In this document: positions 41,391 through 50,499 of the stretch, piece by piece
Layout of the letters: each line of letters begins with the position of its first letter
How positions within the stretch are numbered: the first letter of the stretch is position 1
Assembly (NCBI GenBank): GCA_003132525.1
Contig: PKXZ01000076.1
Span: forward strand, 1,167-65,166
Direction: 5' to 3'
DNA length: 64,000 bases
Source of the DNA: Candidatus Dormiibacterota bacterium
GTDB taxonomy: Bacteria > Chloroflexota > Dormibacteria > Aeolococcales > Aeolococcaceae
Position numbers and translations under genes: made by a program
Notes under the pieces: model-generated
What the model saw: only the letters and a program-made list of their open reading frames with translations
What the model was told of the DNA's origin: nothing
Databases searched by the model: none

Positions 41391-42338
41391 ATGACACCTG
41401 ATGAGGTCAAGCAGAGCATCACCACCTGGTGCTCTTCCGATGACGACCTGGAGATTGCCTCCGACCGTTTCGAGCCGGGCACGGACTTCTCGTTCGGGCT
41501 CAAGGCGGGAACCCTGAGCACGGCGCCCGTCGAGCTGGTGGTGCTCAAGGCGGACGGCGCCGATCGAGTGACCATCCGGCGGAGCGTCACGCTCACCGGC
41601 GACAACGTCGATGCCGCCAACCAGCTGATCGCTTCGCGTCCCGGCTCGGTCACCGCCTCGGTGGAGCGCTCCGGCGCAGACACCACAGTCGTCGCCCAGA
41701 CGTACGTCTACCTCGACGGGTTGAGCAAGCACACGTTCGTGCAAGCCGTCGCCGAGCTCGCCCGCGCCAGCACGCTGCTCGACGCGATCGGCGGTGTTGA
41801 AACCGCATCCGAGGTCGATGAGGAAGCCGCGGTGGTCGCATCCGATGCCGTGGATGCGGACGCCGAGCCGGACTCCACGCCGGTCGTGGACACGCCGGTG
41901 CCGGCCGCCGCCGAGTCCACGTTCCAGCCATCCCCGAGCCCGTCGCTGCCCCAGCCGAGCTCGATCCCCTCCGGGATCCCGGTCGGCCAGCCACTGCCCA
42001 CCCCGAGCTTCACCCCGCAACCGGCGCAGCCGGTTCAGGCGCAACCCGTGCAGCCGGCCTACACGCCGCAACCTGCGCAGCAGCCCTACCAGGCCCAGCC
42101 GGTGCAGGCTCAGCCGGTGCCGCAGCCTGCTGCCGGCGGATGGGCGCCGAGCCACTCCGTGCCACCGCAGGGCCTCCGCGCATGGGGCGCCCCGGATCCG
42201 TCCGGGCCGGTGGTCGCCAATCTCGCGCCCGGCTTGCCGATCCAAGTCGCCGAGGTACGCGGTGCCTGGGCGCGAGTGATCTGCTCGAACGGGTGGACCG
42301 GCTGGATCGACGGCCGGATCATCGGCGTCGCTGCCTGA
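41391..42338 (+). CDS. Hypothetical three-part protein: YbjN-like N-domain, Pro/Gln-rich linker, and a C-terminal bacterial SH3-like domain
   Basis: N-terminus TPDEVKQSITTWCSSDDDLEIASDRFEPGTDFSFGL.. has a YbjN/T3SS-chaperone-like pattern. A QPxQ repeat tract follows. The C-terminus WAPSHSVPPQGLRAWGAPDPSGPVVANLAPGLPIQVAEVRGAWARVICSNGWTGWIDGR is SH3b-like. Confidence 0.45.
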   Translation: MTPDEVKQSITTWCSSDDDLEIASDRFEPGTDFSFGLKAGTLSTAPVELVVLKADGADRVTIRRSVTLTGDNVDAANQLIASRPGSVTASVERSGADTTVVAQTYVYLDGLSKHTFVQAVAELARASTLLDAIGGVETASEVDEEAAVVASDAVDADAEPDSTPVVDTPVPAAAESTFQPSPSPSLPQPSSIPSGIPVGQPLPTPSFTPQPAQPVQAQPVQPAYTPQPAQQPYQAQPVQAQPVPQPAAGGWAPSHSVPPQGLRAWGAPDPSGPVVANLAPGLPIQVAEVRGAWARVICSNGWTGWIDGRIIGVAA

Positions 42339-42352
42339 CCTTTCGTACCGCG

Positions 42353-43927
42353 ATGAGCACCGGCTCGGACACGCCGAGCCTCGACGAGCTCACGGCCGCG
42401 CTCGGTGATCGCCGCGCGCGTTCGCTCGCCATGGGTGGCGAGCAGCGGATAGCCCAGCAGCACGAGCGCAACAAGCTCACCGCTCGCGAGCGGATCGACC
42501 TCCTCTTCGACGCGGGCACATTCGTCGAGCTCGGCCTGCTCGCCCACCAGCATTCGATGACCGGGGCGGTGAGCGAGCCGGAACGCACACCGGCGGACGG
42601 GGTGGTCACGGGCGAGGGCCTTGTCGACGGACGCCGCGTCTTTTGCGCCGCGTACGACTTCACGGTGATGGCCGGGTCGATGGGAATGATCGGCGAGCAG
42701 AAGGTGGCGCGCCTGCGCAGGAAGTCGATGCTCAACCGCCTTCCGATGATCTGGTTGCTCGACTCAGCGGGGGCGCGTATCCAGGAAGCTGCGGGGAGCA
42801 CCTTCGCGGGGAGCGGCGCGCTCTTCTTCGAGCAGGTGCAGATGAGTGGCGTCGTTCCGCAGGTGGCTGCGATGCTCGGTCCATGCGCGGCAGGCACCGC
42901 GTACATTCCCGGCCTCGCGGATTTCGTCCCCATGGTCAAGGAGACGAGCAGCATGTCGCTTGGGGGCGCGCGCCTCGTCAAGGCCGCCACTGGCGAGGAG
43001 ACGACCGACCATGCGATGGGCGGAAGCCAGGTCCATTGCTACATCAGCGGTGTGGGGGATCTCGAGGTCGACGACGACGCGGCGTGCATCGCTGCCGTCC
43101 GCGCGTTCCTCGCTTTCATGCCGTCCAACAATCGCGAGGAACCGCCGCGACGGCAGACCGCTGATGCCCGCGACCGGCGTATCGATGACATCGGAAAGAT
43201 CGTGCCCACAAACCCGCGCGCCGCGTACGACATGCGCAAGGTGGTCGAGCGCCTTGCAGACGACGGTGACGTCTTCGAGGTCAAGCCGACATTCGCGCGC
43301 AACATCATCACGGCGCTGGTGCGTTTCAACGGACAGCCGGCTGGGATCGTCGCCAGCCAGCCGATGATCAAGGGTGGCGCTCTCGACATCGACGCCGCCG
43401 ACAAGGCCGCTCGGTTCATCTGGCTGTGCGACGCGTTCAACATTCCGCTGGTTTTTCTGCAGGACGTCCCCGGATTCATCGTCGGCACGGAGGTGGAGAA
43501 GCAGGGCATCATCCGCCACGGCGCGAAGATGCTCTACGCGGTGAGCGAGGCGACCGTCCCCAAGGTGACCGTGGTGCTGCGCAAGGCGTATGGAGCCGGG
43601 TACTTCGTGATGTGCGGTCGCGGGTACGAACCGGACACGCTCGTCGCCTGGCCCACCGCCGAGATCTCGGTGATGGGTCCCGAGGGCGCCGTCGACATCA
43701 TCTTCACCAAGCAGATCGCCGCGGCCGGCGATCCGGTCACCGCGCGAGCGGAATATGCGGCGGCCGTACGTCAGACTATCGACCCGTTCATCGCCGCGTC
43801 ATGGGCGATGGTCGACGACATCATCGACCCCGCCGATACGCGGCGAGTGATCATTGACGCACTCGAAGGAGCTGCGACAAAAAGGCAGCGGCGCGCCTGG
43901 CGTAAGCACGGCGTGCCACCGGTATGA
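42353..43927 (+). CDS. Acyl-CoA carboxylase carboxyltransferase (beta) subunit, AccD/PccB family, second paralog
   Basis: Carboxyltransferase N and C domains (..[20 protein letters not shown].., ..MGPEGAVDIIF..). Start re-set to ATG 42353; the listed ORF begins 71 codons upstream inside the previous gene. Confidence 0.85.
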   Translation: MSTGSDTPSLDELTAALGDRRARSLAMGGEQRIAQQHERNKLTARERIDLLFDAGTFVELGLLAHQHSMTGAVSEPERTPADGVVTGEGLVDGRRVFCAAYDFTVMAGSMGMIGEQKVARLRRKSMLNRLPMIWLLDSAGARIQEAAGSTFAGSGALFFEQVQMSGVVPQVAAMLGPCAAGTAYIPGLADFVPMVKETSSMSLGGARLVKAATGEETTDHAMGGSQVHCYISGVGDLEVDDDAACIAAVRAFLAFMPSNNREEPPRRQTADARDRRIDDIGKIVPTNPRAAYDMRKVVERLADDGDVFEVKPTFARNIITALVRFNGQPAGIVASQPMIKGGALDIDAADKAARFIWLCDAFNIPLVFLQDVPGFIVGTEVEKQGIIRHGAKMLYAVSEATVPKVTVVLRKAYGAGYFVMCGRGYEPDTLVAWPTAEISVMGPEGAVDIIFTKQIAAAGDPVTARAEYAAAVRQTIDPFIAASWAMVDDIIDPADTRRVIIDALEGAATKRQRRAWRKHGVPPV

Positions 43928-43933
43928 GGAGGG
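43927..43933 (+). promoter_or_regulatory. Shine-Dalgarno AGGAGGG, 4 nt upstream of the GTG start at 43938
   Basis: Seen directly in the sequence: aggagggcaacGTG. Confidence 0.5.
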
Positions 43934-43937
43934 CAAC

Positions 43938-44150
43938 GTGACCGAGGTCAAGGCCGAGTTGGTGGGCAATCTCTGGAAGATCGTCGTCGAGCTGGGTTCG
44001 GTCGTCGAGGAGGACGACACGCTGATGATCCTCGAGTCGATGAAGATGGAGATTCCGATCACGAGCCCCACGTCCGGCACCGTGACGGACATCCTGGTGG
44101 CCGAGGGCGACGTGGTCCAGGAAGGCCAGACGGTCGCCATCATCGAATAG
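43938..44150 (+). CDS. Stand-alone biotin carboxyl carrier (biotinyl) domain protein, about 70 aa
   Basis: Biotinyl-domain hallmark EAMKM (here ESMKME) flanked by hammerhead residues (..TLMILESMKMEIPITSPTSGTV..). Sits immediately 3' of the carboxyltransferase. Confidence 0.75.
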   Translation: MTEVKAELVGNLWKIVVELGSVVEEDDTLMILESMKMEIPITSPTSGTVTDILVAEGDVVQEGQTVAIIE

Positions 44151-44214
44151 GCGGCCGGAGTCACCGTCTCGCGACAATGACGGCGCACGGCGGCGCGCGT
44201 GCGACGATGAATCG

Positions 44215-44991
44215 GTGAATTCGAGCCAGCTCGACACGATCAGTGTCAAGACCTCGGACAACGTCACCCTTGGGTACAGCGTCGCGGGTCTCGGCAGCCG
44301 GTTGGTGGCGCAGATCCTCGACAACCTGCTGGCCGTGCCGCTCACGCTGGTCGCGCTCCTTCTTTACGGCGCGGTCGCGAGCGTCTTCGTCACCGGGTCG
44401 GAGGGCGCCGGCTTCGCGGATGCGGGAGCGGGGTTCTTCGCCGGCTTCGTCTACTTCGGCTATTTCTTCGTGGCGGAGGCGGTGACCGGTGGCAAGACCC
44501 CCGGCAAGAGCGCCATGGGTCTCCGCGTGATCCGGGTGGACGGCTCCGCCGCCGACTTCGGCGCCCTCGCTGTGCGCAATGTCATCCGCGTCGTCGACGT
44601 GGGAGTCGTTCTGGTCGGCATCGTGATCATGTTCTTTCAACCCCAGACACGCCGTCTCGGGGATCTCGGCGCCGGAACGATCGTGGTTCGCGACCGCGCG
44701 GTGGTCTCACTCGCCGCCGCTGTCGCGCCGCCGCCGATCATCCTTCGCACCCCCGACGCGGGTCCGCCGATCGATGGGCTCGACCGCATCGGTGGCTTCG
44801 AGCGCGACGCGCTCCGTGTCTTTCTCTCGAGGCCCGGTCTGAGCCCGAAGCTCCGTGCCGACCTCGCCGCCGACATCGCGAAGCGCCTGCTCGACCGGCT
44901 CGGCCTTCCGCCCGGTGCACCGGAGCGCCTCTGGCCGCCAGAGCTGTTCATCGAGCGCGTCTACCTGCAACTCGTTCAGCTCTACCCGTGA
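44215..44991 (+). CDS. RDD family membrane protein
   Basis: RDD-domain pattern (RLVAQILDNLL.. TM .. GKTPGKSAMGLRVIRVDG). Confidence 0.7.
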   Translation: MNSSQLDTISVKTSDNVTLGYSVAGLGSRLVAQILDNLLAVPLTLVALLLYGAVASVFVTGSEGAGFADAGAGFFAGFVYFGYFFVAEAVTGGKTPGKSAMGLRVIRVDGSAADFGALAVRNVIRVVDVGVVLVGIVIMFFQPQTRRLGDLGAGTIVVRDRAVVSLAAAVAPPPIILRTPDAGPPIDGLDRIGGFERDALRVFLSRPGLSPKLRADLAADIAKRLLDRLGLPPGAPERLWPPELFIERVYLQLVQLYP

Positions 44992-45980
44992 GCCTCGACG
45001 CATTCATCGCCGAGCGCCAGGGGCGCTGGGGTGCGCTGGAAGCGGCGATCAAGACGGCCAAGCGTGGTCGTCTCCGCAATCAGTCCGCGAGCGAGATCGA
45101 GCAGTTCGGACTGCTGCTCCGTCAGACCTCGAGCGACCTTGCGATCGCACGCCGCGACCACCCGGATGCACCCATCACCGAGTACCTCAACACGCTCTGC
45201 GCGAGGGCTCATCCTCTGCTCTATCGCGGCAGGGCGTGGCGCATCGGCGCGATCGGCCCGTTCTTCGCCACGGCACTGCCCCGATCGTTCCGCGCCGCAT
45301 GGCCCTACATCGTCGCGAGCCTGGGACTCATGGTGATCGGCTTCATCGCGGGGTGGCTTGCGGTGGATCTGCGGCCCGACCTGCGCGCGTCGCTGGTCCC
45401 ACCATCGCTCTTTGACGAGATGGCCCGTGGACAGATCGGCACCGGCGTGCAGGACGCGCCGTTCGCAGCCGCATTCATCATCCAGAACAACATTCGCGTT
45501 GCCCTGATCTGCTTCGCAGGCGGCATCCTGCTCGGGATTCCGACGGCCCTGGTGCTGCTCAGCAACGGATGGATGCTCGGGACCGTTGCCGCCGCGGTCC
45601 AGCTGGGTGGCTACAACTATCAGTTCTGGTCGCTGATCGTGCCGCACGGCATCCTGGAGCTGAGCGTCATCGTGATCAGCGGCGGTACCGGGCTGATGCT
45701 CGGCGACGCCATCCTGCGCCCGGGCCAGCTTCGCCGCGGCGAGGCGCTGGCGCGCGTGGCGGTTCGAGCCGTGATGCTCGTCCTCGGCGCCGCCAGCCTG
45801 CTGATCATCGCGGGGACCCTCGAGGCGTTCGTCTCTCCGAGCTCGCTCCCGGACGGTGTGAAGCTCGCGATCGGGGGAACCGTGGGTGTTCTTCTTTACT
45901 CGTGGCTGCTCCTGGCCGGGCGGCAGCCGGGGCGGCGGCGGGTCCCGTGGTTCGACCGTCCTGCGGAAACCCCCGCGTAG
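44988..45980 (+). CDS. DUF95 / stage II sporulation protein M (SpoIIM)-like membrane protein
   Basis: Polytopic membrane protein with the SpoIIM-like core (..HGILELSVIVISGGTGL..). ATGA overlap with the RDD gene. Confidence 0.65.
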   Translation: MSLDAFIAERQGRWGALEAAIKTAKRGRLRNQSASEIEQFGLLLRQTSSDLAIARRDHPDAPITEYLNTLCARAHPLLYRGRAWRIGAIGPFFATALPRSFRAAWPYIVASLGLMVIGFIAGWLAVDLRPDLRASLVPPSLFDEMARGQIGTGVQDAPFAAAFIIQNNIRVALICFAGGILLGIPTALVLLSNGWMLGTVAAAVQLGGYNYQFWSLIVPHGILELSVIVISGGTGLMLGDAILRPGQLRRGEALARVAVRAVMLVLGAASLLIIAGTLEAFVSPSSLPDGVKLAIGGTVGVLLYSWLLLAGRQPGRRRVPWFDRPAETPA

Positions 45981-45990
45981 ACTGGACTCG

Positions 45991-46869
45991 ATGGACGTTG
46001 TCCGCATCACACCGCGTGGCTACTGCCACGGTGTGGTGGAAGCGATACGGATCGCAAAACGCGAAGGCGCTGCCCGCTCGGGCAGCGAGCCGGTCACCAT
46101 GCTCGGGTATCTCGTCCACAACGAGCACGTGACGCGGGAGCTCGAGGAGTCCGGTGTCGCGCTGGTGGCCGAACCCGACCGCATGAAGGCGCTCGAACAG
46201 GTCAAAGAAGGGACGGTCATCTTCACCGCCCACGGCATATCGCCGGCAGTGGTGGAGGCGGCACGTGCGCGCGGTCTCAACCTCGTGGACGCGACATGCA
46301 GTGATGTGACCCGTACCCACGATCTCGTTCGTGAGCTGGTGGCGAGCGGGCACCACGTCATCTACATCGGCAAGCGGGGCCATCCTGAGCCCGCCGGCGT
46401 GCTCGGTATCGCGCCTGAGCACACCACCCTGATCGAGAGCATCGACGAAGTCGACACGCTCGAGCTACCGGACGGACGTCCACTCGCGGTCACGTGTCAG
46501 ACGACGTTGAGCATGTGGGACACGCAGTCGATCATCGAGCGCCTGGTTGAGCGTTTCCCCACCATCGAAGTCCACAACGAGATCTGTCGCGCGACCCAGG
46601 AGCGTCAGGAAGCCGCGGTGCTCGCGGCTGACGACGTCGACTGCGTGGTCGTGGTGGGAAGTGCACGCAGCAGCAACAGTCAACGCCTGGTGCAGGTGGT
46701 TCGCGAAAAGGGTCACCGGCCCGCATATCTCGTCGACACCGCCGCAGACCTCGACCCATCGTGGTTCCAAGGCGTCCGGCGGGTTGGCGTCACCTCGGGT
46801 GCGTCCACGCCGACACAGATCACGCGTGCGGTGATCGCCGCAGTGGAGGCGATGCCGGAGACCGTGTAG
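45991..46869 (+). CDS. ispH: 4-hydroxy-3-methylbut-2-enyl diphosphate reductase
   Basis: LytB/IspH signature (..ITPRGYCHGVVEAI.., ..SSNSQRL..). The start is taken at MDVVRIT. Confidence 0.9.
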   Translation: MDVVRITPRGYCHGVVEAIRIAKREGAARSGSEPVTMLGYLVHNEHVTRELEESGVALVAEPDRMKALEQVKEGTVIFTAHGISPAVVEAARARGLNLVDATCSDVTRTHDLVRELVASGHHVIYIGKRGHPEPAGVLGIAPEHTTLIESIDEVDTLELPDGRPLAVTCQTTLSMWDTQSIIERLVERFPTIEVHNEICRATQERQEAAVLAADDVDCVVVVGSARSSNSQRLVQVVREKGHRPAYLVDTAADLDPSWFQGVRRVGVTSGASTPTQITRAVIAAVEAMPETV

Positions 46870-46927
46870 GGTGACGTTTTGGCTGCAACGGTCACAAACC
46901 CGGCAAGCCTGATAGTGTCCTGGCACG

Positions 46928-47539
46928 ATGACCACAGGAGGGCTGCCGCCACCCCCGCCTCAGGCGCCTGGTCAATGGGACGGAGGGCAACACTATCTCC
47001 CACCGCCGCCTCCGGCATACCCGGTGGCGACGTACTACGCGGCACCGCAGGCGGGTCCCGCTCCCGGCATCGCCTATGCGGGATTCTGGATCCGCTTCGC
47101 CGCCGCGCTGATCGACGGGATCATCGTCGGAGTGCCCTTCGTGGTCATCTTCTTCGTGGTCGAGGGTTCCGCGCTCAGCTCGTACGCCACCTGCGTCAAC
47201 ATCGCCGCCCAGTCCGGATCCCTGGCAACCACCTGTGCGTCGACCTACATCGGCTCGGTCGGCTACTGGGAGCTGATCGGACTCGGCGTGCAACTGCTCT
47301 ACTTCGTGATCCTCTGGTCCAAGTTCGGTGGGACGTTGGGCCAGCGGATGCTGGGCCTCCACGTCGTTGACGCCGCGACGGGCCAGAACATCGGCATCGG
47401 CCGCGCCCTCGGCCGTTTCCTCGGCTATCTGATCAGCACCATCGCGCTCTACATCGGACTCATCTGGGCTGCCTTCGACCCGCGCAAGCAAGGCTGGCAC
47501 GACAAGATCGCGAGCACATTCGTGGTCCGCAAAGTCTAG
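46928..47539 (+). CDS. RDD family membrane protein with a proline-rich N-terminus
   Basis: PPPPPQAPGQW..PPPPPAYP N-terminus followed by the RDD core (WIRFAAALIDGII.. GTLGQRMLGLHVVD). Confidence 0.65.
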   Translation: MTTGGLPPPPPQAPGQWDGGQHYLPPPPPAYPVATYYAAPQAGPAPGIAYAGFWIRFAAALIDGIIVGVPFVVIFFVVEGSALSSYATCVNIAAQSGSLATTCASTYIGSVGYWELIGLGVQLLYFVILWSKFGGTLGQRMLGLHVVDAATGQNIGIGRALGRFLGYLISTIALYIGLIWAAFDPRKQGWHDKIASTFVVRKV

Positions 47540-47594
47540 AATCCGGCCACCGACTCGCCGGATGAGACGGCACCACTGAAGAGGAGAGAGCAAC

Positions 47595-48245
47595 GTGGCA
47601 GCACTGCCGCCCCAACCGCCTGGCAGCCTACCCCCGGACCCGCCCGGATTTGCGCCTCCCGGTAGCGCACCCCCCGCCGGACCGCCGCAGGGACCCTATT
47701 CCCCTGGCAACGCGTACGCAGGCCAGATGCCGTATGCGCCCCAGGCGCTGCCGCAGCCGGTCGTCGTCACGGTGCACAAGCGAACCTTCTGGCTGACGAT
47801 CGCGCAGATCATCATCATCGTGAAGGCGATCCTCGTCATCCTCATCGCCGCGGGTTCGGTTGCGATCGGCGTGTACATCCTCACCGCGGGCCATGCGGCC
47901 CTGCACAACATCCCCGGCTACGACAACTACGCGAATCAGTTCGGCAACTCGTTCGTGAATGCGGCCGGAGCGGTCTTCTTCGCGATCGCCGTGGTGCCAT
48001 TGATCATCGGCATCGTCGACCTCATCCTCGGCATCATCGTGGGACGCCCGTCGCAGGTCGCACGCTGGATCATCGTGGTGCTCGACATCATCAGCATCAT
48101 CATCGCCCTCGCGGATTTCGGCCGCGTGCACAGCGGCGCTGGAGACATCGTCCTGGTCGTCTACCTCGTCCTCCAGCTCATCGTCCTGTACGCGATGCTG
48201 CTCGACCCTGCAACCCGAAGGAACTTCGCGGGCAAGGCCGCTTGA
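47595..48245 (+). CDS. Hypothetical membrane protein with a proline-rich N-terminus
   Basis: Pro-rich 60-aa head followed by four hydrophobic helices. Its 3' end overlaps the convergent DUF58 gene by 68 nt. Confidence 0.4.
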   Translation: MAALPPQPPGSLPPDPPGFAPPGSAPPAGPPQGPYSPGNAYAGQMPYAPQALPQPVVVTVHKRTFWLTIAQIIIIVKAILVILIAAGSVAIGVYILTAGHAALHNIPGYDNYANQFGNSFVNAAGAVFFAIAVVPLIIGIVDLILGIIVGRPSQVARWIIVVLDIISIIIALADFGRVHSGAGDIVLVVYLVLQLIVLYAMLLDPATRRNFAGKAA

Positions 48246-49512
48246 GGTCGAGATAACGGTTCACGAGCCGGGGTGACAGCGTGCGCGCGTCGGCGTCGAT
48301 GGTCTCGACGCCCGAGCTGCGCAACATGCGCAGCGTGTCGTCGCGATCCGCGATGAGGCCGCCCGCGACAGCGCGGGCGTAGGCATCGTCGCCGCTGCGC
48401 GGGACGGCGGTCGCGGCGTCGTCGAGTGCCGGGTCGCGGACTGTGACCACCAACGGCAGATGACGGCGACGCAGGCGGACGCACTGCCGGATGAGCGCTT
48501 TCCCCTGGTCTGGATCGAGCACGTCGGTGAAGATGACAACGAGTGAGCGACGCGTCTGCCAGCGGCTGAAATACGCCAGCGCATCGTCGTAGTCGGCCTC
48601 CGTCTCACCCGGTTGGATGGGGCGCGTCGCGTCGAGAAAGCGTCGCAACTGCGCAGTGCCGGCGCGCGGCGGGAGCGTTCCGGTGACGGTGTCGGAGAAC
48701 GCGAGCATCCCCGCCCGGTCCCCGGCACGAAGCGCAACGTGCACGAGGAGCAGCGCCGCGTTGATCGCGTGGTCGAGCTTGGTGAGCTCGCCGGCGCCGA
48801 TGCCCATCAAACGGCCGTGGTCCAGGCAAATCACCAGGGGCTGGGCCCGCTCGGGGATGAGATCGGTGGCCATCAGGCGGCCTGTCCGCGCGGTGGCACG
48901 CCAGTTGATGGCGCGCAACGGATCGTCGGGAAACGCCTCGCGCACCCGGTCGAACTCGCTGCCCTCGGTGCGCAGGCGCATGGTGCGCAGCCCGAGCTCG
49001 GCGAGCTGACCGCGACGTGCCAGCGCTTCGTAGACATCGATGGCAGCCAGGTTCGGGTCGACGCGGGCGGGACGCGTGGTAGCGACCGTCGTCTGCCGCC
49101 AGCCGATCCTCCACGGGCCGATCACGCGGACGACCGCGGGTCCGAGGACGACGTCGCCGCGCGCAACCGGCGTGACCGTGTACTCGAGGCGCGCGGGGAG
49201 ACGCACGTTCCATCGCGTTTGCGACGGATGCAGCCGTGCCGGGATGCGCTCGTGGACGATCGCCGAAGCGCCCGCCGCGCGAGCCGTGATCGCGAGTGTC
49301 ACCCGATTGGCGACGCCCACGGAGAGCAGGTCATTGCACTCACGCTCAACCTGGAGCACGGCTTTGCCCGGCGCACGCCGCGAGTCGACCGCGATCCCAA
49401 GCAGGACGGCGACAAACAGGACGAGTCCCACCACGAACACCGCCGTCGCCTGCGCTCCGCCTGCGATGACCGCGACCGCGACCAGCAGGAGACCGGCGCC
49501 TCGCCAGGTCAC
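48178..49512 (-). CDS. DUF58 domain protein (vWA-like; MoxR partner)
   Basis: N-terminal TM pair plus a DUF58/vWA-like core (..LVICLDHGRLMG.., ..VIFTDVLD..). GTG start at 49512 overlaps the MoxR stop (GTGA). Confidence 0.7.
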   Translation of the reverse strand: MTWRGAGLLLVAVAVIAGGAQATAVFVVGLVLFVAVLLGIAVDSRRAPGKAVLQVERECNDLLSVGVANRVTLAITARAAGASAIVHERIPARLHPSQTRWNVRLPARLEYTVTPVARGDVVLGPAVVRVIGPWRIGWRQTTVATTRPARVDPNLAAIDVYEALARRGQLAELGLRTMRLRTEGSEFDRVREAFPDDPLRAINWRATARTGRLMATDLIPERAQPLVICLDHGRLMGIGAGELTKLDHAINAALLLVHVALRAGDRAGMLAFSDTVTGTLPPRAGTAQLRRFLDATRPIQPGETEADYDDALAYFSRWQTRRSLVVIFTDVLDPDQGKALIRQCVRLRRRHLPLVVTVRDPALDDAATAVPRSGDDAYARAVAGGLIADRDDTLRMLRSSGVETIDADARTLSPRLVNRYLDLKRPCPRSSFGLQGRAASRTGR

Positions 49513-50477
49513 CTCGGGACCGGGACCCTGCCCACCGCCCGCTGTACCGCGGCAACCTCGGACACTCCCTGGATCTCCGCCTCGGGCCGGCGGATCATCC
49601 GGTGCCGCAGCGCCGGGATGCACACATCCTTGACGTCATCGGGAACCACGTAATCACGCCCCTGGATCGCCGCCATCGCCTTGCCGGCGAGGAGCAGGGC
49701 GATCGAGCCACGCGGGCTGGCCCCGAGTGAGAGATCCGGACTGGTCCGGGTGGCCGTGACGATGGCGGAGATGTAGCCGAGCACCTCGTCCGAGACGCGA
49801 ACCGCCGCCACCTCGGCACGCACTCTCTTGAGCGCTGCCGCGTCGATGATCGCGCTCACGCCGGCAGCAACGAGGTCGTGGGCGTTGAACCCGCCATCCA
49901 CGCGTCGGAGCATCACCACCTCGGTCGCCGGCTCCGGGACGTTCACCTCGAGCTTGAAGAAGAACCGATCGAGCTGTGCCTCCGGAAGTGGATAGGTGCC
50001 CTCGTACTCCACGGGGTTCTGGGTGGCCACGACGAGAAACCGATCGCCGAGCGCCCGGCTCTCGCCGTCGGACGTCACCTGCCGCTCCTCCATGGCCTCG
50101 AGCAGCGCCGATTGCGTCTTGGCGGGGGCACGGTTGATCTCGTCGGCGAGCAGCGTGTCGGTGAAGATCGGTCCCTCACGGAACTCGAAGGTTCCCGAGT
50201 CCGGACGATAGACGCTGGTCCCGATGATGTCCGAGGGGAGCAGGTCGGGGGTGAACTGGATCCGCGTGAAGCGTGCGTCGAGCGCCGCGGCCAGGGTGCG
50301 CGCCATCAACGTCTTCGCCGTCCCGGGCACGCCTTCGAGGAGCACGTGGCCGCCACAGAGGACGGCGATGTAGAGGCCATCGATGATCTGGAGCTGGCCG
50401 ACCACGGCTCGACCCATGGTCTCGTGCAGTGCGCCGCGCAATGCCACGGCGTCGTTCGCAGGTGCCACTCGTGGCAT
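49509..50477 (-). CDS. MoxR-family AAA+ ATPase
   Basis: Walker A GVPGTAKT, Walker B LLADEINRA, and a MoxR C-terminal helical domain. 322 aa from ATG 50477. Confidence 0.9.
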   Translation of the reverse strand: MPRVAPANDAVALRGALHETMGRAVVGQLQIIDGLYIAVLCGGHVLLEGVPGTAKTLMARTLAAALDARFTRIQFTPDLLPSDIIGTSVYRPDSGTFEFREGPIFTDTLLADEINRAPAKTQSALLEAMEERQVTSDGESRALGDRFLVVATQNPVEYEGTYPLPEAQLDRFFFKLEVNVPEPATEVVMLRRVDGGFNAHDLVAAGVSAIIDAAALKRVRAEVAAVRVSDEVLGYISAIVTATRTSPDLSLGASPRGSIALLLAGKAMAAIQGRDYVVPDDVKDVCIPALRHRMIRRPEAEIQGVSEVAAVQRAVGRVPVPR

Positions 50478-50499
50478 TGTGCCCTCCCCGCTTGCAGAA

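Noticed and set aside
42140-42352. Upstream 71 codons of the listed carboxyltransferase ORF (42140..43927).
   Set aside because: Arg-rich and overlaps the 3' end of the SH3-domain protein gene. Carboxyltransferase homology begins at ATG 42353.
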